64,000 bases of DNA from Microbotryum violaceum (lineage: Eukaryota), in the NCBI GenBank assembly GCA_001244265.2, contig CDLV01000006.1:124001-188000 (forward strand), in the 5' to 3' direction. The position numbers and the translations under genes are program-made. Within the stretch, counting starts at the first letter, position 1; each line of letters starts with the position of its first letter. Positions 28,248-40,395 of this stretch are shown here, one piece after another. Below the pieces are notes generated by a model. It was not told the origin of the DNA, did no database searches, and saw only the letters and a list, made by a program, of their open reading frames with translations.

Positions 28248-29974
28248 CAATACGGCAGTAGTCGATCGGGTGAATGATGACCTGACGGGCGCGGGCAGGC
28301 GAGGGTAGGCGAGAGCGAGCGCTGCTGTGAGCGGCTGCCAGCCTGTGCCCTCCTAGGCCCTCCTCAGACCTCCTCTGCCCCTCTCCGCCAGCGCGTGACA
28401 GAGCGGGACAGCGTGTGCCAGCGTCGCGGGCCGGCTCCGGGATCCGGCCGGCTGACATGACCGAGTCTCCGTCACTAGTCACAGTCACTGCTGGCACCGA
28501 TGTTCCAAACCCAGCAGCCTGTGCGGTCATCCTGAGCAGATTTTTCCTGGTTCGACTCATTCTCCTAGCGAGGCCAATGCTTTGCAGAGGCAGAATATTT
28601 TTAAGTAAACCACGCAAGGAGAGGCTATTGTCGGAGACGTCTACATGAAGCTCATGCAGTCAAGTGTATCAAGCAGTGACAGAGAAAACATTTCGAGGTA
28701 GCAGCATTAGTAGATCCCATTTTGCACCAGCTTGGCAGCTTGGCATCGGGTCAATGAGACCCCTCTTTTTGAACTCGAGCTCGAACATCGCATCTGCGCC
28801 GATGACGTGACGTGAGGCCCCCTAATTTCGTGACATTGCTAGACAGGTCACAGCTGTCAGCAGATCGAAGTAGACATCTACATTGAGGTGATACCACAAG
28901 AACCAGACGCATGAAAAACTAAACCATCAAGCCGAGAGGTAAGACTACGCACCTACTCGCGTTGATTTGTGTTGGTGATGACGCCGGACGTCGCAGATGC
29001 GGTGTGGCTCGACTGTGCATCGACCCTCCTCGGCCTCTTGCGCCCACCCTTGTCGACGAACCTGCGTCCCGCGTGCACGTGAACCAGGGGCATATCGGCA
29101 TATTGGTCAGGGCAGTCGGGATGGCCGAGGTAGTCCGAAGGCTTCACCCGGGGAAAGCGAGGCTTCAACCGCGAGGTTGGCATGATTGCTGAGTAGAACA
29201 GGTTCGGGTGTGAGACTATAGAAGTAGTCGACTACTCACGTTGGGTCGTTGGTTCAGCAAGCAAGCCATCGAGAGCATGGAGCTGACCGCCCTCGGCGCG
29301 CGCGCTGCAAGCTCCCTCCGTCAATCACGTGTTTCAATCATTTCAATGCTGTGTCTCGCTTCAACTCTCCAAAGCCGCTTGCACAGTGATTTTTAGCGAG
29401 AGAGGTGATGTCATGTTGCAGCGGGGCTCGAGAAACCGAAAGGGACCGTGTCGTAACTAACAACTTGGTCACTATTGAAATGTATCAAAGTAAGAAAGAG
29501 ACATTAAAGTGTAAACAGGGAAGGTGGGCGGGAAGCTTAAAGGACCGAGAGATTGCTTTGCGAGGCGTAGCGATCGGGGATGATAAGTAACAGGGCAACT
29601 ATGACAGAGGATGGCGTAGCATACCTTTGCAAGGCGTAGCGCAGGCGTCCAACACAATTGAACGAGCGTCCGGGAAGACTCCGCGGGAGGTAGCAGAGAG
29701 GTCGCGGAGAACTACTGCAGGGCAAGTGAGCTATGAGTACGTCGTGCAACTAGCCGAGCGTATTCTGAACACTTACCTCGAGCGCGTGGCAGGCGTGCGT
29801 GCATCGAGGGTTTCTGGAGAGCAGCGGGCTGCTGTAAGGTCCCTTGGCAGAGGGTGGTAGTGCTGGAGCAGCGAGCTGGTCCCAGAACGTGTCGACGGTG
29901 CGGAACCGAGGAGAGGGTAAGCGGCGCGGACGCGAGGCACTCGCAGAGAGGCTGAGGGCTCTGAGGAAATCACG

Positions 29975-30052
29975 GAGAGACCTAGGAATACGCTGAGCGC
30001 TCCGGAGAGGCTAGGAAATACGCTGAGCGCTCCTGAGAGGCTAGGATCGCTG
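29975..30052. repeat. About 30-bp tandem repeat (GAGAGGCTAGGAATACGCTGAGCGCTCC), about 2.5 copies
   Basis: Seen directly; lies just inside the Helitron-like end. Confidence 0.7.
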
Positions 30053-30081
30053 AGTCAGGACTAGAATGCACGGATGCGCGC

Positions 30082-30168
30082 TATAGGCCATCGAGACAAA
30101 GGACGTTCTAGAACGAGACAGACCACGTGGCGTGACGTCATGGCGCGCTTCGCGCGCCACCGCACTAG
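30082..30168 (+). mobile_element. Helitron-like 3' end (copy 2)
   Basis: Hairpin TGGCGCGC-TTC-GCGCGCCA (30141-30159) followed by CCGCA-CTAG|T (CTAG at 30165-30168). Confidence 0.65.
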
Positions 30169-30181
30169 TATAAAGGTAGTA

Positions 30182-30208
30182 ATCTATCTGATCTAATGCG
30201 AAGCCCTG
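30182..30208 (-). mobile_element. Orphan hAT TIR fragment
   Basis: 27-bp exact reverse complement of 12261-12287. Confidence 0.8.
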
Positions 30209-30700
30209 ACGAGCACAAAGGGTACATAAAACGAATTGCACATCATTTCGCTCAGCTCACATATAGCCTTCCATTCGCTTGCTCTAGTGCGCCTAGTCGT
30301 GTCATACCGAGCTTAATGTAATTGTATGTAGTGACTTTGATCAAGTTGCAGTCGGTCCTCGGGCAAACTTGCTACCGGCCCAGCCTGCTGCCCATCCGAT
30401 CGGCTTTCTTTGCCGCTGCGCGGCGCGGTTAAGATCGTCTCTTTTTTCGTCTGCCCAAGGTGCGCGCCACGGCGTGAGACCGCGAGACGGCGCGCGACGA
30501 TCGCCGGGCCTCCGAGCTGCAGCTCCAGCCTCCCAGTCGCTCGAAACGCTGTCTGCCTAATACCTTCGCTCCACTCAGTCTCCTCTGTACGGAACTTCTA
30601 CCTTTCAGTGCAGAAACAGGTCGCTTCCTTCCACCGATCGAGCTCGCCCACTTTCCCAACTCACCTTACGCCCCTCTGCCCTCGCGACCGCTTGCCTACC

Positions 30701-32676
30701 ATGTTCCGTTCGCCGTGTCGCGCGCTCGTCTCGGCTATTCGATCCCAGTCGCGTCGAGCGTTCGCCAACGAAGCTCATGTGTCCGCTGGCGGACCGACTT
30801 TTGGACTCAGCGAAGACCAGGAAGCATTCCGGAATCTGGCTCGTCAATTCGCGCGAGACGAGATCATCCCCGTCGCGGCCGAGTATGACCGATCGATGAA
30901 GTTTCCCTGGGACGTGATCAAGAAGGCACACGGCGCCGGCCTTTTGAACGTGCACATCCCCGAAGCAGTAAGTCAGCTCTTCTTGACGTTGTCATACATC
31001 GAGACAGGTCATTTTGCCCTCTTGAACTTGATCGGGATGGTGGCCAGCTTCAGGACATTCTTCTTGGAACGAACCGTCCGGCCCCCGCTGGGCCCGGCTA
31101 TGGTGCGCCAATCACGCGCATCCCGGTGCGTGGCCCATGCCATCGCAGTCGTCACTTTTCCAAATAATGATGGTGGGACGGATCATCGACTTTTGCGCCA
31201 TAAGATCCGGATTTTCGAGACGCTCTATCTTACAAAGCCCCCATCATTCAAAATGTATGCGAATTGAGCTGACATGAACCTTCGGCTTTCATCGTTATTC
31301 AGTATGGTGGCCCGGGCCTTTCGGTCATGTCTTCGGCGCTCGTGTCGGAAGAATTGGCTTACGGTTGCACCGGCATTCAAACCGCGATGGAAGCCAATGG
31401 ACTGGCTCAAGCACCGGTCATCATCGCTGGCTCAGAAGAGCAAAAGCACAAGTATCTCGGTCGCATGACCGAGGAGCCCATCATGTGTGCCTACGGTGAG
31501 TCTCAAGAAGTACGGACAGTGCGCTGCACTCGGGCTCCTCGGGGTGGAGGCTCTTGTTACTATGTAAAAACTGAACCCTTTCCCGCCTTCCCGCCGTCCG
31601 CCGAATGCAGGTGTCACCGAGCCAGGAGCCGGCTCCGATGTCGCTGGGATCGCTACTCGTGCGACCAAGGAAGGTGACCATTACATCCTCAACGGCGCTA
31701 AGCTCTGGTTCGTTCATGCTTTTCGGCTCGCTCTCTCGACTGTCCTCGATTAAAGCTTTTGCATGCATTCTCAACGATGCGTACAACGCCCGTGGTAGCT
31801 GCCCCTGCCACCACGTGCCGATAGCTGACCAGATCTTCAACTTCGCCGCTTATCGATTGCAGGATCACGAATGGGGGCGTCGCCAACTGGTACTTCGTTC
31901 TCGCCGTGACCGACCCATCGGCCAAGCCCCACAGGCGGCTCAGTGGTTTCATCGTCGATGGCGATGCCGCAGGTATCACGGTCGACTCCAAGCTGGTCAA
32001 CATGGGCCAGCGATGTTCCGACACACGCCCTATCGCTTTCGAGAACGTCAAGGTGCCGGTCGCTAATCTGCTCGGCAAGGAAGGTGACGGGTAAATTTTT
32101 CGAGTCCAGATTGTTTCTTAATCCTGCACTGAAGGGGAGAAGGCTGGTGCTTCGTGACTGGTCCTTTAACGGTCATCTACTGACTTTGCTCGCTTGCTTT
32201 ACGCGTTACACAGCTTCAAGATCGCCATGGGCGCCTTCGACATCACGCGCCCGCTCGTAGCGGCTGGTGCGGTCGGACTCGCCCAACGCGCGTTGGCCGA
32301 GGCTGCCAAGTACGCGCAGGAGCGCAAGACGTTCGGTGTAACGATCATCAAGCATGGGGCGGTTGCGCAAATGCTCGCCGAGATGGCGATCGGTGCCGAG
32401 TCGGCGCGCGCGATGGTATGGCGAGCCGCTTCGACCAAGGACCACAACGATCCGCGGTGTACCTATTACGCTTCGGTCGCCAAAGCCCTGGCGTCGCACC
32501 ACGCCGTTTCGAACGCGAATCTCGCGGTCCAAGTTTACGGTGGCGCCGGTTTCAACTCGGAATACCCCGTCGAGAAGTTGTATCGCGATGCCAAGATCTT
32601 TGAGATCTACGAAGGCACGACCCAGATCCAGAAGTTGATCATTTCGAGGATCGTCGAAAAGGATTTCCAGATCTGA
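30701..32676 (+). CDS. Medium-chain acyl-CoA dehydrogenase with mitochondrial-type presequence (multi-exon)
   Basis: [73 protein letters not shown]. Arg/Ser/Ala-rich N-terminus. Confidence 0.95.
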
Positions 32677-33009
32677 TCACCGGAAGAGCACGATCTCGAT
32701 GGAAGATGATCCATGCACATATCCCTTTGAAATCTGCAATATCCTCGTTGTACTATCCAGTCAACTAGCATCGCCTCGTTTGCATTGTACCTTATCGCAA
32801 GTACCCGTGCGTAGAGAGGATGCTCGGTGGCCAAGCACGAAAGGGCTCGTGGTCTTTGACCGAGTGTCATCCTTCTTTGGCTCACTCAAATCGCGATGGT
32901 CCACAAGTAGGGTATTCAAGTATTGTGAAATTGCTCAAGAATGTTATTTGTCTCGACGATCGTTCCGTATAGAGAAACTAGGAGAACTGACGAGAAAGAA
33001 ACAGTCTGC

Positions 33010-35279
33010 TCATGCCGAAGTGGAGAACCGGACCGCTGCACTCTTCTCAATCATCTCCAGAGGCACCTTGTGGCCCAACAAATCCCTAATATTGCTGATC
33101 CCGTACCTGATCATCGTCGGGCGCTCCAAGCTCAAACCCCATCCGTGAACTCTGACGTCGGCGGGTAAGCCCATCGGCTCCAACATTTCAGGGCGGAACA
33201 TGCCCGAATTGCCGATCTCGACCCATTTGTTGAGACCTTGGTGCCACGAGAAGATCTCGAGCGAAGGTTCGGTGTAAGGGTTGTACGCCGGCTTGAAGCG
33301 CAGGTTCGTGACGCCCATCTTTTTAAAGAAGACTTCCATGAAACCTGTGCAGAGGGCGGGGCGCCGGAAAGGGTCAGTACACGATCCTTGGGAATCCGAT
33401 ACCGCGTTCGCGCCAACTCACCAATGAGATCGGCGAGCGTAAGGTTGTAGTCGGCGATGACACCTTCGACCTGGTGGAACTCGGCCAAATGTGTCGCGTC
33501 GACGGTTTCATTTCTGAATACGCGGTCGATCGAGAAGAGCTTCGAAGGCTTGAACCCTCCCGGCTGGTTCGCGATCTTGTACAACATCGCCGCCGAGACC
33601 GAAGTGGTATGTGTACGCAAGACGAGGCGAGAAGTCTCTTCCTTCGAGAACGGATAACAGTACCCTGTCGATCCGTAACCTCCAACCTCGTGCGTCTTCT
33701 TGACGCGTCCGTAGTAGTCCTGAGGGAAACCGGACGAGGCAACGGGGTCTGCAGGACAAACGGAGAAGACGACCTGAGCTCGTGCACCCTGCTCTTGGGA
33801 TCCGATTTGGGGGGGGGGGGGGGCTCTGTTCCTCGATCTCTGCTCACCTTTGAGGTAGAACGTGTCTTGGACTTCACGAGCAGGGTGTTGCTGAGGCACG
33901 TAGAGCGCATCAAAGTTCCAGAAACCAGATTCGACGAACCGGTTCGTCGGCATCTCGGTGAAACTGACACACAAAGTCACAGGATCAGCTTTCCCATAGG
34001 TCTCAAAACATGGTTATACTACTGAACGCACCCCATCTCGAAAAAAATATTTCGGAACTCCTCTCGTACCTTCATCAGCGGGTGGAGTGCACCTCCGTTC
34101 GTCGGTGCGCCTTCGGCTTCAAAATTGTACTTTTTGAAGTTGGACTTTTCCCACGCGCCGCTGCAATTCATATATGATGTCCCATCATCGATTAGCCAGC
34201 GCCGAAGCCCACCAAATAAGATCCCAACGTACGAGTTGAGCAGTTCGACGGTCAAGTCGGTCTCGAGTTTTTCGATCGTGGTCGCAAACTTTAAGCCCTT
34301 GTCGATGGAGAAGTAGAACGTTTTCCTGCGTCATGACGGGTAGAGGATGAGTGAGTCTATGCAGGGCTGAAGCGAGGAACAAGAGACTTTTGCTGAAACT
34401 GACTTTTTCTCAATCAATTTCCGTTTCCTCAAATCGGCAAGCTCCTTCTCGTCGGGCAAGGTGCCGGTCGTCTTGATCTGAATCATCTGTTCCCTTGTCG
34501 CATCGTGCACCGTCTCGGCCTGCAGTTTTCCCCAACAACGCGGAAGGGAGAGTCAGAAACGAGTTGACGGACAGCCCACGGGGGTCAGTCGTCGCTACTC
34601 TACTCTGATGACGATCCCCACCGCCAAGCCGAGCCCAGAACGGTCGCTATGCTCGCTCGCTCGCGCTCGAATTGACTGACCGCTTTCACGAATCCGTCGC
34701 CCTGCTTCTTGACCCATTTGTTCTTCATGGCCTTGCCCTGACCGACCTTGGCGACGTCCTTGCCGACGCGCGCTTCGATCTCCTTGGCCGACAGCGGGGT
34801 GTTGGCGTCGAGCGAGGACCAGACGAGGTATTCGTGCGAGCCGGCGTCGGCGATCGAGGCTCCTTCCAGGCTCAGGAAGTGCACATCCGACGAGCGTTGT
34901 TGGCAGCTGATCATCTGGGGAGCGCAAATGCCGTGTGGAGCGGGGGAGGGTCAGTTGGTTCGTGTTCGAAACGCAGGAATCGCTTCGAGGGGGTGTTCCC
35001 ACCTCCCACCCTCCCTCGCCCGCTCTCCTTTCTTGGGGCTCAACTGACCTCCTTGGCGACCAACGAGTCGAGCGCAGCCTTGAGCGCATTCTGTTCCTCG
35101 ACGCCATCGCCGACGGGTCGAGCGTTGTAGCCGACCAAAGCCTCGGCGCCTTCGACCGCAGCGGGCAACGAGAGCGGCAAGACCCGACTGTCCGTGAGCG
35201 GCGATTCGGCATCGAGCGCGTGCAGGACGATCGATTGCAAAAGTTCCGAGGACGGCATGGGCAATGTAGTCGGCGCCAT
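33010..35279 (-). CDS. FRS2: Phenylalanine-tRNA ligase alpha subunit, cytoplasmic (multi-exon)
   Basis: [86 protein letters not shown]. Confidence 0.97.
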
Positions 35280-35542
35280 TCTTGCTCGAACCAGGCCCGC
35301 TCGTCGCTGTGTAAGAGGTAGCAGAAAGCAGAGGAACCGCACCGCGCACGCTCCGACGACGCCGGGCGACGACTCGTTGACTCTTTTTTAAGCTTGGACC
35401 GCACTCGATTTCGGAGCTCCGATTCGTCGAGTGATTACCCCGACGATGGCAACTTGACCGTCTCGTACTGGCTGATGCACTCTAATCACATTATTTCAAT
35501 CGTACACTTAAAAGTTTCCCATCTTGCGAGCGGGCCCGTCGT

Positions 35543-35544
<2 letters not shown>

Positions 35545-35577
<33 letters not shown>
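35545..35577. repeat. (CT)n microsatellite
   Basis: CT dinucleotide run directly after the RIB5 stop. Confidence 0.9.
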
Positions 35578-35580
<3 letters not shown>

Positions 35581-36818
35581 GGCTTCACGAGCCCCTTCTG
35601 TAGCAAAACCTTTTCGACGACCCTCTCGATCATCGCCTCCAACGCGCCGTTCGGTTCTCCCCCACTCTGCAACACGTTCTTCACGATCGCCTCGACGCCT
35701 TTGCCGACGACATCGCATTCGACCGCGACCTTATCACCGACCTGTTTGAACGCGACGACCGTTCTCGATTGCGTATGTTGTACGAGCATCACGCCGAAAA
35801 GACCCGTTTGCCCATCGGTGTAGTACTCGTCCCCCTCGCGTGGGATCGAAAGGTGCGTCAGGGTCAGGGAAGTACCGTCCAGCGCGATGTATCCCTTGGG
35901 AATGAGCGAGTAGTAGAAAGATAACGGTAAAGAGAAGAGCAGCCGAATTGAATCGCCATCGGGCGTGATGGACAAGAGTTGAGCGACCGTATCGACGTGA
36001 CCCTGTGGATGAGATGATGAATGAGAATCCATGTCGCAGGAGATAAGAATCTGGGTTTTCCGTTCGTGCGGACGCAGGAAGATCGAGTAAAAAGAAGCTT
36101 GCCCGACCTGGCATTGACTGTACAAGAACTGACCTGAACGAAATGTCCTCCGAATCGACCGTGTCCAGCCATCGCACGCTCCAAATTAACTCGAGATCCG
36201 ACCTTGGTCGATCCTATAAGGGGCATATGAGAGCCCGATTCAGCGTCCATTCAACGCCATAGAACCTCCCCGACGTAATCCCCTCGCCCATTCTCCCACT
36301 GAGATGGGGGTGGGGTGGGGGCAAGACGTGAATCGCCGACAAAGGTCCATGCTCTGAACGTACCCAAATCGGTTCTCTGCAACGTCTCATTGCTCAACCC
36401 GACCTTGAACCATCCCTCTTTCGCATCCCACTCGGTGACGGTCAAGCAACATCCATTCACCGCGATCGAATCGCCCAACTTGCAATCGTCGAGAATCTTT
36501 TGCGCGTTCGAGATGACGAACGAGAAGCCTTCGAATTCGGTCGTGGGGTGGATCGAACTGACCGTGCCAAGAATCTAAGGAGCGGGACGGTCAGCAAAAT
36601 CATGAATTACATCTTGACCTATCACAGGTGGGTTCTTTGGTTGGACAGAGATATCTCTCGCCTGTGGGAAGTACGAACTGACCTCGACCAAACCGGTGAA
36701 CACTTGGACGCCGAAGCCCCAGGGCAAGCAACGGAGGAGAGAGCCAAAGCGAGAGGCAGTATAAGCGAGGAGTCGAGCACGGGTATTCGAGAGCTACCGT
36801 CACACGCAACAGCTCACT
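35577..36818 (-). CDS. RIB5: Riboflavin synthase (multi-exon; ATG split by intron 1)
   Basis: (M)FTGLVE, GDSIAVNGCCLTV, VNLERAM...RFGGHFVQGHVD, KGYIALDGTSLT. Confidence 0.93.
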
Positions 36819-37231
36819 TGTGGATTGCGCAGGGGTCTTGGTGATGATAGAGCAGAAAGAGGAGAGCGAGCTCGCCTCGCCCCCACTCGGGCCGAGTCAA
36901 CTCAGAAATTCGCTGACTAATTCCGATCGCTGACTAATGCCGGTACCGATTCCGGACAGTCCAGGCTGGGTCATACATCTTCCTGAACGCTCTGAGCTCT
37001 TATTGGCACAAACCAAATTCACTAGTTGGGGTGACTAAAATGTCAAAGATGCTCTTCTGGAAGTGCTCTTCACCGCAGAAGGCGAAGAAACTTCTCTCTC
37101 GAAATGGCAACCCAGGATGATCCGAACTATATGGTGCTTGCTGAGGATAGGTCGTCCATTCCAGATCTCCTGGTGCAGTACAGTCTACTATGGAATGGAT
37201 CTGTAATCCAAGACCCAAACCGTCTCTCGCA

Positions 37232-38625
37232 TCATAACTTGCTCGAATTAGCTGATTTTGTCACCACATTCGTCACCTCCGCTGGTGTTGATGATGATGT
37301 GTTGTCGACGGTTTTGTACTGATCCGACAGTAAGGGTGCGTCGGTACCATCTTCCAAGACACCATCTTCCTCTGTGTACGAGAAAGAGGTAGACAAGTCA
37401 GTCTTTTCTGGGCCAAGTCGTGCCTCCAACCAAGTGCTGGCACGAGTCAGGAGATCCACTGCACCTCCCCCCGATGCGGATCATCGCAAACCGTAGTACG
37501 TACCATAAGCTTCCACGAACGAGAAATCCCAATGGCGCTGCAGATAATCAAAAGTTTGCGAGAACTCTGAGCCTACCGGTCGTCTAATGCTCAGGACATA
37601 GCTCCGTGAGAGAAAAACACTGCTTACCTCTTCACCGCCTTTCAAGAAGGAAGTCTCCCCATTCATCTTGATCTCCCACCTGCCCAATCCATCTCTCTCC
37701 TTTTGCTTCCCTTTGACAAGCTCGTACCTGCTCACCGAACAGGTTGCAGCTTTGACGAAGCATTCCCTGTCGTCGATCAAAGTCCTCCCTAGAGCAATCA
37801 AGGTCGCGGCATGGGTGAAGAGGATGATCGTTTTAGGGGGGTCGGGGGACGAGTTGATGTGATTGAAGAGTAGGGTGAGAACTTGTGTTGTTCTTTCGTG
37901 CAGTTGGTGTGGTGTCTCGCCCTTTTGGGAAGGGTAGAGTAGCGATGAATGGGCCGTCGGCGCGATCAGAGGTATCCATTCAATCAGTTCGGAAGCCGGG
38001 AGACTACGAGGGTGCAGACCTGTGAGAGTGTGAACCTTCATATTAGACCCTCTTGAACATGCGATCCCATCAATTGTCGCCAGCTTACCCCTTCTGACGG
38101 GGAGGTACCACTCGGCCAATCCATGCTCGACCAGAATCGGCAAACCCAACGCCTCGGCCACGGGGGTCGAAGTCTGTAAGCAGCGGTACAAAGGGCTGAT
38201 TATGGTGATCAACTGGGGATCAGTAACAGCTCCTTCGAGCAATCCTGGATCTCTCGCCGACCGGGACTACTACATTCCGCTTCTCCAAGGTGGGGTCGAC
38301 AGGTGTCGCCGTCTTGACCGGTGTCGGTGCTCCTGCGCCTTGGGCTTACACATCCACGTACGAAGAATATATCGTTTGCGGTCTCTCCTCAACGGGCAGG
38401 GTCTTTAACCAGCTCGCCAGTTCGTTTGCTTGATCAACTCCGTGCGCCGAGAGCGGGGGATCACGTGGGGTGCCCGTCGGCGCATTCCAGACTGTGCGCG
38501 GAACAAGATGTTCAGAAGCCAGGCATCAGTTCGAGTGAGTCTAGTCGGATCGAGTCGAGGAACGGACCTGATGTTTCCCACGAGAGACGAAAGCCGTGGC
38601 GCGCGATGTAGATCGTTTCGAGCAT
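37232..38625 (-). CDS. Histidine phosphatase / phosphoglycerate-mutase family protein with C-terminal SKL
   Basis: MLETIYIARHGFR (RHG motif), SPLYRCLQT, EHGLAEWY, IILFTHAATLIALGR. The last exon ends ...SANSSKL*. Confidence 0.85.
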
Positions 38626-38740
38626 GTCCGAGACGGCGAGTGGACTGCCAGCGCAGTGGGGGGTGAGCCGGTGAGCGAAGCCACGCACACCCCGCTGCGA
38701 AAGCCCGATCTCGAATGAGCGACCGACCCTACACAGCCCT

Positions 38741-38780
38741 ACACTTACCGACACTTACCGACACTTACCGACACTTACCG
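38741..38780. repeat. 4x ACACTTACCG tandem repeat upstream of the phosphatase gene
   Basis: Four exact 10-mers. Confidence 0.9.
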
Positions 38781-39163
38781 GGCCGTTCTATTCTCTATTC
38801 TGGGCGAGCGCAACACCACCGAGGGTTTTGGATAGTCCGGAGGTCTCTCCCGAACAGGAAAACATTTCTTCCGAAACGATGCATTCGAACTGTAGCTGGG
38901 TGGAGCTTTCGAGGGTCAAAGATCGGCGGCAACCTTCCGAGCTCGCACGAGAGCTCATCCGTCTCGTGGTCGTTATCCCTTCGTTATCTCCCTGGCTAAT
39001 AGGATGCATGCAGACTTTTTCATCCGTATCGTTGCCCGTTGAACATTGCGCTCTCGGAAGATAGCGAGTCCCCCAGTCCAAACCCCCACTCCCCCACCCC
39101 TCCGCCCTCGGCCGCAGAGTTCAAAGTAGTAAAAACATCAGATGCATTGGACATACGGCTCCT

Positions 39164-39871
39164 TCAATAAGCATCCCCTTCCCCGCCTTCCTCCCCAAAC
39201 CCCTTGGTCTGATGCAGCACGCGTTCGGTTATCCTGGTATGCTGTTCCTTTCGTTGCTTCTCCTGCTCGAGCACGGCCGCGAGTTGTTCCCAAGAATGTT
39301 GTTGCAACTTTTCGATCGCCGCGTCTTCCGTATCGAGGTCCTATACGTGGGATAGAGCGTGTTCAAAAGTCGAGTCGACAAAAACAAAAAGAGCAGATGC
39401 GATTCATCAAGACTGACCACCTCGCCCAAGAGGACGACGTTCTCGCCTCGGATGAGAAATACGCCTCGGTCAGTCTGCGCGAACGTCTTGCTCGGTGGGT
39501 GGAATATCCTTTCAATCGTTTGGGTTAGAACCAAGTTGGCTGGTGTTGGGAGGGGCAGGCTTTGAGTGAGCGGAGGACCGGAAGACGAGCCAAAGTGCTT
39601 AATGCTGCTTGAGGGCTTGAGGCTTGTGGAGGAGGACGAGAGAGAACTGACCGTATTGGTCATAGGACCTCAACACCCCATTCAAGCGACGACCATCCCT
39701 CAGGTGCACCAAGATCTTCTCTGAGGGATGTTGTGGGCAATGGAGCTGTCAGTGGGGGAGTTTGAGCGTGTGTTGTGCAAGAGCGCGGATGCTGTGCTGC
39801 AATAACTGACTATCGACCAGATCTATGAGTGCGCCCGAGGTGGTAAACGCGAGGTTCGAGAGCGGGTCCAG
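39164..39871 (-). CDS. LSM1: Sm-like mRNA decay protein Lsm1 (multi-exon; putative CTG start)
   Basis: DPLSNLAFTTSGALIDLVD | KILVHLRDGRRLNGVLRSYDQY | ANLVLTQTIERIFH...RGVFLIRGENVVLLGEV | DLDTED...GEGDAY*. Confidence 0.9.
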
Positions 39872-40133
39872 AGTGTAGTGCGTCGACGTCGAGTGGGCAA
39901 GGAAGCGCCGCTACCCGTACAAAGAAGATGATGCGAGAAAGAGAGTGGGGGGGGGAGGGGGTCGAACCCGATCAGGGGTAAGCGCAGCTTCCTGCAGGTC
40001 GCAGCCGGTTGCAGCAGCGGGCAGCGGGGCGAGCCTCCCGCGTGAATTGCGCATTTGCGCATTACAAAGCTTTACAAATTACACCGAGCGCGGACGTGTT
40101 ACCTTCGGTGGGGTGCTCGCTCGTGTCGCCGTA

Positions 40134-40179
40134 CAGCCGTGCAGCCGTGCAGCCGTGTTAGCCGTGTAGCCGTGTAGCC
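40134..40179. repeat. AGCCGTG(C/T) tandem repeats in the divergent LSM1/PKH promoter
   Basis: About five 8-9 nt units. Confidence 0.75.
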
Positions 40180-40395
40180 ATCTCCCCGAGTGAGATCCAC
40201 GGGGGGCCTCGACCTGACACTCAGCATGCTTCCGTTACAACGTCGTCGACCCCATCTCCGCCTTCAAAACTAAGGTGCTTCCCTCGGCAGCTCGACGAGC
40301 GAGCGAGCGAGTCCTGCTCCGATCGGCTCCAGTCCGAGTCCGACCACTCTAATCGCAGCAGCAGCAGCAACTACACCGCCTCCGCCTCTGCCGCC

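Noticed and set aside
28919-29280. Small minus-strand ORFs upstream of ROM2
   Set aside because: No motif or coherent exon chain, so a gene cannot be supported.
20357-36818. Vitamin-biosynthesis gene cluster (PanE-like gene plus RIB5)
   Set aside because: The genes are more than 13 kb apart, separated by unrelated housekeeping genes, and belong to different pathways.
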